From positions 57,970,001 through 58,034,000 of the forward strand of contig NC_042997.1 of the NCBI RefSeq assembly GCF_006345805.1: DNA of 64,000 bases, written 5' to 3'. Below are positions 27,680 through 40,153 of this stretch, piece after piece (the first letter of the stretch is position 1; each line of letters begins with the position of its first letter). Below the pieces are notes generated by a model. It was not told where the DNA came from. It saw nothing but the letters and a program-made list of their open reading frames with translations, and did not search any database. Both the position numbers and the translations under genes were made by a program. This DNA comes from Octopus sinensis (taxonomy: Eukaryota).

Positions 27680-28054
27680 TTAGAGGTTGGATATATGAGG
27701 AGTACAACCACTTCTAAGCATGAAAGTAACAATTTTTAAACATACACAATACAGTATGTATACATGAAAAAAATGTTTACAGAGAAATGCATAAGGAAAT
27801 AAATAAGAATGCAATAATATCTTAGTAGAATTAATAACTCGCCACACAAGATGATGACTACTGTGTGATGAGAAATGGGCAGTAGGAGTTACATCAAGTT
27901 TAACATCCAACAAAATCTCATTTTTAGAACTTATTTTGACACTATTACTTTCACTTCTACGTGATGACCCTTTCCCAGTCATCTGTGCACATTCGTATTT
28001 AAAATCTATTGCTAGGAAAGATAGATGGGAAAGTGGCACCAAACAGCACAGCAA
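27680..28054 (-). mobile_element. Short Tigger-derived remnant
   Basis: Translation KISSKNEILLDVKLDV resembles the N-terminus of the 20240 remnant. Confidence 0.35.
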
Positions 28055-28647
28055 TAAAATCTAAGAAAAATAGTAACGAGCTGCATCTGCCCAAAGTGGT
28101 CTTATTACTGGACACAAAATGAAAATGATAGAATGAAAGGGTTAGAGGAGTGAGTTTGAAAGGTGTGAGCTGTATGGAGGATAGGGAGTAATATTATGAT
28201 TAAAGTTAGTAAAAAAACCAGGGCAAAACTGTTGAGAGCATTGAGAAATGAGGTTAACTGAATTGATACACAGACACATACACGTATGCGCATGCACACA
28301 CACATATACACACATGCAAATAAGGTGTGGTAGAGGAGTGAATGGCTAGTTGTTAGCAAGAATGTTGAAAGCAATTAAAAACAAAGTGGGGGAGTAGAGA
28401 AGGCTTTAAGTAGCTGTTGGCAATAATGTTAGAGCAATGTAAAAAAAAAAAAAACTAGAAAACATTTGTAGAAGAAAAGCTTGTAAGCAACAAAAATATA
28501 TAGAGAATACAGACAGAAAAATGGTGAGGAAAGCAGCTGGATGTATAAAATATTACCTCATATATATTATTTCTCAGAAAAATTTATTTTTTGTACACAC
28601 ATGTATGAATTATGATTTTAGGTTTTTAAATCGTTAATATATACAGG

Positions 28648-28810
28648 CATAGGCATGGCTCTGTGGTAAGAAGCTCTCTTCCCAGCCACATGGTTCTGGG
28701 TTCAGTCCCACTACATGGCACCTTGGGTAAGTGTCCTCTATTATAGCCTTGGGCTGACCAAAGCCTTGTGAGTAGATTTGGTGGACAGAAACTGGAAGAA
28801 GCCCATCTTT
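28648..28810 (+). mobile_element. tRNA-SINE family A, 3'-truncated
   Basis: GGCATAGGCATGGCTCTGTGGTAAGAAG head, GGTTCAGTCCCACT, ...GGACAGAAACTGGAAGAAGCCC. Confidence 0.75.
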
Positions 28811-28863
28811 TTCCTAGGTATACTGTATTCAGAACTACATTAACTCATTTGTTCTTATTCAGG

Positions 28864-28945
28864 ATGGTAGGATTGGGTTTGAGGGATGTTTTTCTTCTAT
28901 TTCTAATAGACCATGTAGAAGCTCTCATTAGCTTAAAAGGATTTT
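28864..28945 (+). CDS. Universal stress protein gene, candidate coding exon 1
   Basis: Acceptor TTGTTCTTATTCAG|G, then ATG at 28864; MVGLGLRDVFLLFLIDHVEALISLKGF+T ends in phase 1 at GTAAAT and joins exon 2 (T+GG=W), giving a 149-aa USP-length protein; the beta1-Asp motif is divergent. Confidence 0.45.
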
Positions 28946-29107
28946 GTAAATTGCAAGTGATATTTTTCATAATTCAGTTGTGTCTTTACTTGTTTCCAAT
29001 GAAAAATATTTGTCGTTGAAATATTCCTGCTCTACATCCTATTAAGATCTGCTTTTCACCCATATTCACTTCTAGTGTATCCAGTTGATGATGATTTTAA
29101 TTAGCTT

Positions 29108-30457
29108 GGAGTTATAGGAGTTTCAATGAATTTGGGAAGTTGTGATCTTCATGCATTCCAGTAGCACAGTGAAAGTAAATGCAAGAAATAGGCACAGGTG
29201 TGACTGTGTGTCAAGAAGCTTGCTTCCCAACCACATGGTTCTGGGTTCAGTCCCACTGCGTGGCCAAGTTTTTTCTACTATAGGGCTTTACTTGGGCTGA
29301 CCAAAGCTTTGTGAGTGGATTTGGGAGATGAAAATGGAAAGAAGCTCACCATATATATATATATGTGAGTGTGTTTGTTCATATATAACATATAAACATG
29401 TACATTTTTTAGAACATTGTCATTTTATAAGATTTTGCTGGCAAATTTTAAAATTAACATAAACATTTATTTACATGATAGAAAATTACCAGAGAACTTG
29501 CCAATCACCCTCATGGGCATCACTTGATGGCTTAGTAAGGCGAGCTGCCAACCTTGACAAGAACTTCGTGGTCAGTGGCCCAGTCCCTCCGAATGTCTCA
29601 AACACCACAGGTTGGAAGAACTAGTTCACTGTCATATCTCAATACTTCAGGGTTTTCTCCATTCAGCTGTGAAAGCAGTAACCCTCCCATTAACTACAGC
29701 ATCCAGGATGTGGGAGGGAGCAAAGGACTCACAGATTGTGGTGTCCCAAATGAAGCACCTACCTTTAACCCACTTGATGGAAAGAGACCAAGTGGGTTAA
29801 AGGTAGGTGCTTCATTTGGGACACCACAATCTGTGAGTCCTTTGCTCCCTCCCACATCCTGGATGCTGTAGTTAATGGGAGGGTTACTGCTTTCACAGCT
29901 GAATGGAGAAAACCCTGAAGTATTGAGATATGACAGTGAACTAGTTCTTCCAACCTGTGGTGTTTGAGACATTCGGAGGGACTGGGCCACTGACCACGAA
30001 GTTCTTGTCAAGGTTGGCAGCTCGCCTTACTAAGCCATCAAGTGATGCCCATGAGGGTGATTGGCAAGTTCTCTGGTAATTTTCTATCATGTAAATAAAT
30101 GTTTATGTTAATTTTAAAATTTGCCAGCAAAATCTTATAAAATGACAATGTTCTAAAAAATGTACATGTTTATATGTTATATATGAACACACACACTCAC
30201 ATATATATATATATGGTGAGCTTCTTTCCATTTCCATCTCCCAAATCCACTCACAAAGCTTTGGTCAGCCCAAGTAAAGCCCTATAGTAGAAAAAACTTG
30301 GCCACGCAGTGGGACTGAACCCAGAACCATGTGGTTGGGAAGCAAGCTTCTTGACACACAGTCACACCTGTGCCTATTTCTTGCATTTACTTTCACTGTG
30401 CTACTGGAATGCATGAAGATCACAACTTCCCAAATTCATTGAAACTCCTATAACTCC
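29108..30457. repeat. Near-perfect long palindrome: 669-bp arms, 12-bp spacer
   Basis: 29108-29776 is the reverse complement of 29789-30457; spacer ATGGAAAGAGAC; only two mismatches found by eye (29331/30234 and 29375/30190). Each arm carries a SINE copy and CRE 3' sequence. Confidence 0.97.
29490..29776 (-). mobile_element. CRE-clade non-LTR retrotransposon, restriction-like endonuclease 3' part (mirrored on + at ~29774-30075)
   Basis: DGKRP...WVKGRCFIWDTTICESFAPSH...AEWRK..KY...FQPVVFETFGGTG (PD-(D/E)xK-type RLE motifs) with stops and frameshifts. Confidence 0.75.
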
Positions 30458-31500
30458 TTGATGGCTCCAGAACTGAGAGGATATTAATCCGAGCCAGGGC
30501 CCATTAGGTTTAGCTTGGTGTGACAAGTGAAGCGACCAGCATTTAGGTGGCAAGACAGACCTTAAAGACCTGTTGGGTGGAAGGGCCTACCACAGCGGCA
30601 TCTTAGTCCCCTACGGATGTCAGCTCTCACTCTGAGTGTGATGGAGATGTGGAATTCATATAGACTGAGTAGACCTCCAATGTTAGCCACAGGCAGGGCA
30701 TCAATCCAGTCCCCTGAGAATTTTGCACTAGCTGAAAGTAGGCGACACCTCAAAAATCGATCAGATTGATGAAGGATAAAGTTGAAAGTGACACTTGAAC
30801 GCAGATTGTCCCATTCTCTGTTTCCGGCTATCCTCCACTGTAACCAGAACTGACAAACCCAGCTCTCTCCACTGTGATAGAGCTTCATCCTTCTCCCTGT
30901 TGGAAATAGTCTATGTTGGAGAGGAGAGGATGTTCCCTATCAAAGAGGAGCAAGTGTGGATGGAGGAAAGAAAACAGGGAAGTTTGGTCAAAGTATCTTG
31001 GTCGCAGGAGCCTGGGGAGAGACATTGACCAATCATTTTGGTTTTCTGAAGATTAGGTCATCAAATTATTGGAGGGATGACAGGAATCTGTAAGAAGGAC
31101 TGACTCTCAGAAAATACAATAGCTTAGGAATCGACAAGTAATTCCTAAGTATAAAAAAACCTTAGTGGGGCTCAATTACTTCAAGGTTTTTTAAAAGTTG
31201 TTCGAGGTTAGCCATGTTGGATCTAAAGATAGACTTGAAAGCTAGGTCAGTAATTGGGGCTCCAAGGGAGCACCATGCTAATGAAGGAGAAATCACGATT
31301 GAGTGAAGAGAATCAACAAATAAACATTTCAGCTGGGTGATTGAGGAACCAGAGCTGGCATTTGGAGCTGTTAACGTTAACACCTCTATGACCAAGTTCC
31401 TCAATAATCGTCTTCACAGTTGCAAGCACTTTGTCAGGAGGGTCTCCCAAACAAGCATCATCAAGGTACCAGACACATTTTTCAGTTGGTGTTTGTTGTT
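30458..31500 (-). mobile_element. CRE-clade non-LTR retrotransposon remnant (RT and CCHC region)
   Basis: WYLDD RT motif at 31457-31471; RLLSASAKFSGDWIDALP...LRCRCG...GLSC...AGRF..H zinc-knuckle region; ...INILSVLEPS immediately before the palindrome junction. Confidence 0.8.
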
Positions 31501-31582
31501 TAGGTTTGTACATGAATGGTATCAAGTTTGAAAAAAAAACCATTTTAGCTTTTAATCTACTTATTAGTTCTTGTTTGTGTAT

Positions 31583-32433
31583 CATCATCATCATCATCCT
31601 CATTTAACGTCCGCTTTCCATGCTAGCATGGGTTGGACGGTTTAACTGGAGTCTGGGGAGCCCAAAGGCTGCACCAGGCCAGTCAGATCTGGCAGTGTTT
31701 CTACAGCTGGATGCCCTTCCTAACGCCAACCACTCCGAGAGTGTAGTGGGTGATTTTATGTGCCACCGACACAGGTGCCAGACGAGGCTGGCGAACGGCC
31801 ACGCTCGGATGGTGTTTTTTATGTGCCACCGACACAGGTGCCAGACGAGGCTGGCAGACGGCCACACTCGGATGGTGTTTTTATGTGCCACCGACACAAG
31901 TGCCAGATGAGGCTGGCGAACGGCCACGATCGGATGGTGCTTGTTACGTGCCCACAGCACGGAGGCCAGTCGATGCGGTACTGGCTACGGCCACGTTCAG
32001 ATGGTTTTCTTGTGTGCCACCGGCACTGGTACCACAAAGATACAAATTCCATTGATGTTCATCTATTTTGATTTGGTTTGATTTTCACTTGCCTCAACAG
32101 GTCTTCACAACTGTCACACACTTGCCTCAACAGGTCTTCACAAGTGTCACATACTTGCCTCAACAGGTCTTCACAAGTGTCATAAGAAGGAAGGTATGCA
32201 CAGGTGGACTGACTACGTCCCAGGTAGGGGCCACGGGTTATGGCCTGACTAGTCTTGCCGGGTCTTTGGATGGTGTTTTTATGTGCCACCAACACAGGTG
32301 CCAGATGAGGCTGGCGAACGGCCACGATCGGATGGTGTTTGTTACGTGCCCACAGCACGGAGGCCAGTCGATGTGGTACTGGCTACCGCCACGTTCGGAT
32401 GGTTTTCTTGTGTGCCAGAAAACCATCCGAACG
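31583..32433 (-). mobile_element. RTE-tail retroposon with internal tandem repeats
   Basis: (ATC)n tail plus TTTAACGTCCGCTTTCCATGCTAGCATGGGTTGGACGG (3' end shared with other RTE tails here); three 62-63-bp units (31758-31945), three 33-bp units (32086-32182), block ~31870-32010 repeated at ~32268-32416. Confidence 0.75.
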
Positions 32434-33395
32434 CACAATTGTAATAGTAGGAGAGTAATGCTTTAGAAAAATTGCCACCAAGCTCCCGAAACGTGTTTGA
32501 ATGTTCTTATTTCATGACTATTTGGTGTAAGTTTGGGGACATATTTTGCTTGGGAAACTTTTTACTGTTTACAGTAGTGACAAGATTCTGTAGTTATGTA
32601 ATGTCTTGAGTTTCATAAGTGCTTGAAGTAGATTTTATTTCCTCCTTGAATGACATAATTTATCATTTTGATAATGTTGAAATGATATTAATATCCACTT
32701 CAAAAACTACCCTGAATTGGGATTTAGGAATGTCTTTGTGAAAACATCCCATTCTTGACATAAAATCATTGGTCACCCCAACTTTTATATTAATGTAACC
32801 TGCTTTGTTTATCATACTTAAAAACCATAAACAAGTTCTATCAAATTGAAACTGAATCCTGGCAAGTTTCTTCATGTAATTTCTGGCAATTTTCATACAT
32901 CAAGACATTTTTCCTGATAATCAAACAAATGTTTACTTAAATGAACAATAAAATAAAACATGCAATATTGATTTTATTAAGTGGTGGCCAGAGATCACTG
33001 CTGCTTAATCTTATCCAAGATATATTTTATAAAGTTAGAGTGTTTGAGAATCAACAATAAAGCATTTAATCTTTCTTTCTTAAGATGGATGTGTATGTGT
33101 GTGTCATGTGTGTATTTTCTGCATATTTGTGTTTTTCCTTGATTGCATGTTTGTGTCCTGCCATTTTGAGCTCTGCATTTGAAAAAGTTTTACATTCTTG
33201 TAGCTCATGAGTTGTGCTGAATATGAAGGTGTAAACATGATGTTTTCATGAAGTGACAAGTAGCAATTACAAAGAACTATGAGATAATACTGGTCAGGCT
33301 GCTCATTAACATCTATGTTGATGATAATATTGATTTATCCCTTAATTGACTTTTTTTTTTTAATAATTCAGTGCATTTTTTCTCTTCTATTACAG

Positions 33396-33473
33396 GGACT
33401 ATTGAAAATATATTAAAAGAAAATGATTATTTGATCTGTGCTCACTGTCCTGAGCCCATGCCTCTAACTACAG
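33396..33473 (+). CDS. Universal stress protein gene, exon 2
   Basis: TTCTATTACAG|GG ... ACAG|GTGAGT; (W)TIENILKENDYLICAHCPEPMPLTT(G); phase 1-1. Confidence 0.85.
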
Positions 33474-35039
33474 GTGAGTAGTGATTTCTTTCCTTTTTTC
33501 TCTTTTACTCTTTTCAGCCATATGGCTGTGATCTCACTTTGTAATTAATAGTTATGTTCAACAATTTTGGTAACTTGTTGGGGAACCAAAAGTAAAATAA
33601 CTCTTATCTAAGGCATGAGTATTACAGTTGCCTGCTTTGTCTTTCTTGATAAACCATATACAATTCATATGAAATAAAATACTCCTATAGCACAACACTC
33701 TTCCTACTCATTAAATAACATACAGCTGAAAAAAACCCCAGAAGAATCAGACCTCTAGAAATATGACTTTTCATGGCCATTACATAGGTATGACAGTGCT
33801 ATCATTGTTTACCAAAGGTTGGTTGTTCCATCTTTAAGACAAGAAAAATATATCACTCTGAACAGTTTGCAGACTCACTACAAAGTAGAAATATGTCCAC
33901 ATTAGGTACTGTTAGCATATCTATATAGTAAAGCTATCATATATGCAAACAGTCAAGACTGTTCTAACAAAAACATCAAGCCAAAGGCAAAAGCTCTTTT
34001 TCGTTAATTTGTTATAACCTGTTGCTCAGCAGTGTGTTGTGGTCTAAGTCTGTTAGATCTCTGTCCCTCCTCTGATCTACTCAACATACCTAGTAAATGC
34101 AACTCTCCTTTATCATCTATACTGTGCTTCTCCTCCCTTGGCTCCTATGAAGTACTTGTTCCAATAGTTTCTCCAGCTTTTTGAATTCTTCTTCACCCAT
34201 ATTTCACACCACCATCATCTAGCAAAATAATCTGTAGTTGTTCAAACTTGAACATTGACTGGATAAACTGCAATAGTCTGGGATTGGTTGCAAGTATTTT
34301 GTGTGTACTGTATCTCAGCTTCAGACTAAATTTTGTGTGTTTGTGTATATTCGGCTTATTATTGTGTGTTAACTATTCAAAGATGTATTTGAAGTGGTCT
34401 GTATATGTCTTGTTGAGTCAATTAATACTTTCTTTTTAAGGTAACTTGCTTTAAATTGGCAGTTTCCTCCATGCATTTTAAAATAAAATAGAAAAGCTCT
34501 TCAAAAATTGCTTTTTTACATGTATATTCCAAACATCAAAATTAATTAGCCTAATTGTTAAACATATAGTTTTCTTTCCAAATTAATGGAGAACTGGATG
34601 TAGCTGTGTAATTATACATATCAGGGTTTCTCTACTGGGGATACCATTCTTCTTGACAGTATGGGAACCAAAGGGTGGCAGAATGAGACATAGTCTATAG
34701 TATTACTAATTTCTCATGGTTACCCACATGTGACATAAAACCAAGTTATTAACATCTTTTGAAGCCATAGTGGCTCTGAATAGAACTGATTATGATGATT
34801 TTTATAGTTTGGCAACATATGTCTTAGGACATATAGAGCAATCCTTTAGGGATTTGAATTATAAAACGTCAAGTACCTATGATCTAAATAATCTGCATTT
34901 AATTGTAATATATAGTCTTGGTATCTTGAGCATTTCATTTATCCTTTCCTTCTAAAATCTGTTTAAAATGAAATTATTTTTTATATATGTGGGAGAGGTA
35001 GACCCAGAAAGATGTGGGATGGAGTGGTGAGAAAGGATC

Positions 35040-35335
35040 TACAAACATTGGGATCCTCAGAGGGTTGACAGGGAACTGAGACACCTCGCAGTTTGCTGTG
35101 CTTGAAAAGATACATCAAGCTAAGTAGTATGGTTGCCCTTGCATACAGGTTTGTCCCCTACAACCTTGCCAGTGCTGCACGAAAGCACCCAGTACACTCT
35201 GTAAAGTGGTCGGCATTAGGAAGGGCATCCAGCCACAGAAACCATGCCAAAACAGACATAGAGCCTGAACATATCTTCAGCAGGTCAGCTCCTGTCAAAC
35301 CATCCGACCCATGCCAGCATAGAAAACAGACATCT
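35040..35335 (+). mobile_element. RTE LINE 3' end fragment
   Basis: GTGGTCGGCATTAGGAAGGGCATCCAGCC...ACCCATGCCAGCAT tail; similar fragments at ~37190-37420 (+) and ~59560-59900 (-). Confidence 0.7.
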
Positions 35336-35912
35336 TAGGAGAAAGTATTGATTATGCATCACCTTTTATTTATTAATTACAGTAAATTTGTCTTAGAATA
35401 CTGAATAATATTATGGATAAAATATGATGGCCATTGTAATATTCATACATACATAGTTCACACAGATGACATTAATAATGAAATAGTAATTATTACAATT
35501 CATTGAGTAATTATTACAACTCATTGATTTATAAAACCTTGTTTGTTTTCATATGTATAAGTGCAAGATTTTCATGTAAACAATTATAGTCAGGGATTTT
35601 TGTTTTTTAAGGCTCAGTCAGGGGTAGAAGAGGACTGTCATTTTCTTTTTTTCAGGGCCTTTGACACTGGTCAAAGGAAATTAATCTCAAACTGGAGACC
35701 TAGTTCAAATGCATACAACAGATTGGATTCTGCCGAAAGCCCTCAAGATGCAAAGTAGTATAAATTAGATATCAGGTGAAGTCTGCCACCCAACTCAATT
35801 GAATTCTGTTTTTTAAATTGTTCTTGTTTTACATTGTTTTTCTATAATTGTTTAGATTTCTAATTCCTTCTCCTAAAATATATATGTATATTTTTTTTCT
35901 GTTTTGAAACAG

Positions 35913-36007
35913 GTGACCCTGTTACAATTAGTAACCAATTTAAAGTAATTGAAGATGGTGTGCAACACCTCATTGCCAAATTTGCTGAAATTCTGAAGAA
36001 AAAGTCT
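35913..36007 (+). CDS. Universal stress protein gene, exon 3
   Basis: TTTTGAAACAG|GT ... TCT|GTAAGT; DPVTISNQFKVIEDGVQHLIAKFAEILKKKS; phase 1-0. Confidence 0.85.
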
Positions 36008-38310
36008 GTAAGTTCTCAACTAAATACTTTTAGGAAGAATAAGTAATATTGATGGAGAGGGATAGTTAAGTAGTATTAATTACTGGTGTCACACTTAACT
36101 GGTTGTATGATTGCTGCTGTTTGCTGGTTGTGATCATTTTACATTAAAAAATGAAGACTCAAGAACATTCTTATCAAAGTATAAAGAGTAAAGACTCCCT
36201 TCAGTCATGAATGACCATGGGATTGCACCTAGAAAGTTCCCCTCCAAGGCACAAGTCCAGGCAAGGTTCTTAATGGAAAACCAGCAGTTGCCTGTGCATA
36301 CCAGCCCCTCCCTCTCCATGCCATTGATGTTATCCAAGGGAATTGCAAAGACTGATAAAGCTTGGCACTAGTGATGTTGCAGCTCATTTCTACAGCTGAG
36401 TGAACTGGAGCAATGTAAAATAACGTGTTATGCTCAAGAAGACAACACACAACCTGGTTTGGGATTCAAACTCATTACTTCTTGATTGTGGACCTGATGC
36501 CCTCTCCACTGACCCATGCACCTTCACTCTCTCTATACCAAAGTATAATTTTTGATACAAACAGTATTGACACTTAGTGCGTGTTCTGTACTATCAGTTC
36601 ATGTTAGGACTAACTTAATCTTTCTTCTCTTTAGCTACTGCACAAAGTATTTCAGAGATACTATTATATATAATATTATACCATACTACACTGATCCATT
36701 TCACACCACATACTGTACTACACCTTATTCTACTGTATTACGATACCCTAACATGCCATGCTATTATACACCATACCTTATTATATACAAAACAATGAAG
36801 GGATATCTACATAGTTGGCCTGCTATTTCTAGGTAGAACACATTGGAAAGTCTAACACCAGTTGAATAATAGACCTGATGTTCTGGGCTGGAATACCTTT
36901 GATAATAAGTCTGCTCAATCAATACCAACCTGGGGCTAAATAACATAATATACTAAGCCACAGCCTACAAGTGGACAAGCAAAACACATACATTGAATAT
37001 GTGTGATCAATAATGTTTACAACACTAGCACTGCTTCTAATACATATGCATCATTGTGGCATACTAGCAAATGGTTTTTACACTATTTGTATAGTCATAG
37101 ACTGGCAATTCCTTGTATAAATCATATTACATCAACACCTGCCTGCCACAACAGAATTGAGATCCTAAAACCAAGGTACTATGTAAAAAGCTTTGGTGTG
37201 AGTACTGGTGCCATGTTAAAAGCACTGGTGATGGTGACACATAAAATGCACTCAGTATACTTTGTGGAGTGGTTGGCATTAAGAAGGGCATTGAGCCATA
37301 GAAACCAAGTCAAAACAGACTAGGAAACCTGATGTGGCCCCTGGCCTTGCAAGTTCCTGTCAAGCCATCCAACCCATGCCAGCATGGAAAATGGACATTA
37401 AAGGTTGATGATAATGATGGTGATTCTCAACTACACCACAAGGCAACAAGGGAGTTTCTTTTAAAGTAAGTGCAGTAAGTCAGGAAATTTCAATGACTAT
37501 GCACTTGTGTATTGTTTGATTTTTGACTATAGAAGGGAGAAGCCAAACATAACATGAGGGGCTGTTGAAATAGTAAAAGTTTTGTGTTGGTCCTGTAGAC
37601 TCACAGGTCAATGACTTGAGCCTAGACACATATACACCTATTATTAATTTACAATTAATGTCAGAATTGAAACATAAGGGAGTGCTGACCTTGGTGATAG
37701 TCATTTGCAATGCATATCATATAGTAGTGCTGTATATCTTTCATGAACTCCTATTACCTCCTCCTATTGACAATAAACTACCATTTGAGAAAATGAGCAT
37801 TGAAAAGAAATGATTACTTGGTATGCTGTAATTTATTCAAAATACTTCATAAAACAGTCATTACAAATATAAACCTTAAAAACAAAAAACACTGTTATCA
37901 CTAGAACTACTAAATAGTATTCTATAAGTCTATACCCAATTTCAGAGATTTCCAAAATTGTGTGCCATCACACTTTGGTATGTCACTGATAATATCCAAG
38001 TGTGTTATGAAATTATGTCAAATCTGGTTAATTCTTATGAATGTTTTTGACTGAAGTAAGTGACTGATGTCACATGAAATGATATTTGTTTATTTATTAA
38101 TTTCCTTAGTTTCATAATGCCAACAACGTTTAATTAATGTACTGCAAAATATCTTATTTTTAAAAAGTATATCACTAACAGGAAAAGTTTTGAAGCTCTG
38201 CTCTGTTTTGTGAACATTTTTTTCATGCCTTTCCATCTTTTTGAATAACTAGATTTCTCTTTAAGTATTAACATCTCAGTTATATTTCTCTTTATCTCAT
38301 TATGTTCCAG

Positions 38311-38505
38311 ATTAAGGGCAAAGTTTTAAGACTCACTGGCAAACCCAAGGAAGCAATTATTGCTGCTTCAAAAGAAGAGAAAGCAAACATGATTGTAACT
38401 GGTACCCGAGGGCTTGGAATTGTAGGCCGTACTATACTGGGCAGTGTTAGTGATTATGTGGCCCATAATGCTCAAATTCCAGTTGTTATTGTCCGCAAAG
38501 AGTAA
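38311..38505 (+). CDS. Universal stress protein gene, last exon
   Basis: TTCCAG|ATT; IKGKVLRLTGKPKEAII...MIVTGTRGLGIVGRTILGSVSDYVAHNAQIPVVIVRKE*; contains the USP ATP-binding G-2X-G-9X-GS motif. Confidence 0.93.
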   Translation: MKGKVLRLTGKPKEAIIAASKEEKANMIVTGTRGLGIVGRTILGSVSDYVAHNAQIPVVIVRKE

Positions 38506-38819
38506 TCAGTTTTTAAATCAGTGACATTCCTCTTTTCTATTTTCTTTTACTTTTTTAATCTTTTATAGTACTAACTAAACTCTCTTTATACAACAATGCT
38601 TGTTACTTAAACCAGAAGAAATTCTTGTAGTGTTTTCTGCCTGCTGCTTCTTAATTTCTTTAAAATCTTATTTTACTTAGTATTCACAGAATAGTTTTGA
38701 TAATTAGCTTATGCAGCCATGGATTTCATAAATATTTTACTCATTTTTTAAAAACTTTAAAAATTATTCAGGTTTATCTGTTACTATTTGTTAAAGTAAA
38801 AATAGTTTTTTAAGGGAGT

Positions 38820-38820
<1 letters not shown>

Positions 38821-38885
<65 letters not shown>
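38821..38885. repeat. (TA)n microsatellite
   Basis: Long interrupted TA run; similar tracts at ~19320-19360, ~45100-45125, ~51233-51270; (CA)n at ~45280-45332; (GA)n at ~47210-47257. Confidence 0.95.
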
Positions 38886-38891
<6 letters not shown>

Positions 38892-40153
38892 TCTTTGGAG
38901 CAAGTTGTCTCGCCTGTCAATAACTTTTAGGTGTGTTAACACCTGGCACTTCAAGGGAGTCATCCCCACCACACTAAACCGCAGCCTACTGGCAAATGAG
39001 AAAAACATGCATTTAATATGTGTGGTCGATAATGTTTACAACATTAGCGCTACTTCTATTTCATATTTGAATTCATTCTTTCATCATCATCATGGCATAC
39101 CAGCAAATGGTTTTTACACTATTTGTCTATAGTCATAGACTGGCAATTCCATTTGCCTCTGATTTGGTTCAGGTATGTGATGTTGATAAGCCACAAAAGT
39201 GGTGAAATTTCAATTTCCATTGCTCCTGAATGGAATTTGGGGTGTATTGTTTTGCCTGTCTATGACTTTCAGGTGTTTTAACACCTGGCACTTTGAGGTT
39301 TGTCATCCCTAGTGGTAAACATCCAAAGCACATACACTGAGTGTGTGTGATCGATAATGTTTACAATATTAGCACTACTTCTAATTCATATTTGAATATA
39401 TATATATATATATATATATTCAACTGCAGTCTTTTATATCATTATAACAATCATTTTCTTAACATTTTCCCTAACTTTCTTTTGGTTTTCTACATATCTA
39501 ATTATACTCTCATATGTTTATTAACAGAAAATCTTAATATCTCTTTGTGAGCAAGCATTTTTATGAAAGTTTCCAATAACTATTACCAAAATGGAGAGAT
39601 GATTTCAAGAGTTATCATCCTGTTGAACAGATATCAAAACCTTCATTTGAATTCTATGAATCCATTGTTAGAAATATAGTTTGCTCAATAGTTTTTTTTA
39701 AATTTTATTTTTTATTGTTCAATAAAAGATAATAAAAATTTTAATAAATTCTATGTTTTGTTTTCTTTTTACTTGTAGAAGATTTGTTTTTAATTTCACT
39801 GAAATGAAGATAGGATATCAAACTTGAAATATTTATTAATACCATTACAATTTACCAAACTCTCAACTAACTTTTTCATTGATGAATATTTCTTTTCTTG
39901 TTAATTTTCTTTCTCTCTTCTGTAAATACTTCATTGACAAAACCCTCAGGCTATGACAACTCTTTTGGGTTTTTGTCAATTATTTTATATGTGTATCTGT
40001 GGAGCAAACTGTGAAATTTGGAGACATCAAAGATGTTTATGATTAGCAGAACAGAGCCATAAAATTTAGATAAGAGAATAATGATTTATTTCTTCAGCAC
40101 TATTCACCAAAATTTTAAATAACTTTTATTGTTGACAAATATTTCTTCTTATT

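Noticed and set aside
29554-30011. Paired 105-aa and 62-aa ORFs on opposite strands resembling duplicated genes
   Set aside because: They are mirror images created by the palindrome, in off-frames of decayed CRE sequence.
31758-32182. 62-63-bp and 33-bp repeat arrays as a possible CRISPR array or repeat-protein gene
   Set aside because: The units are contiguous with no unique spacers, there are no cas genes, the context is eukaryotic, and they lie within a retroposon; the ORFs in several frames are by-products.
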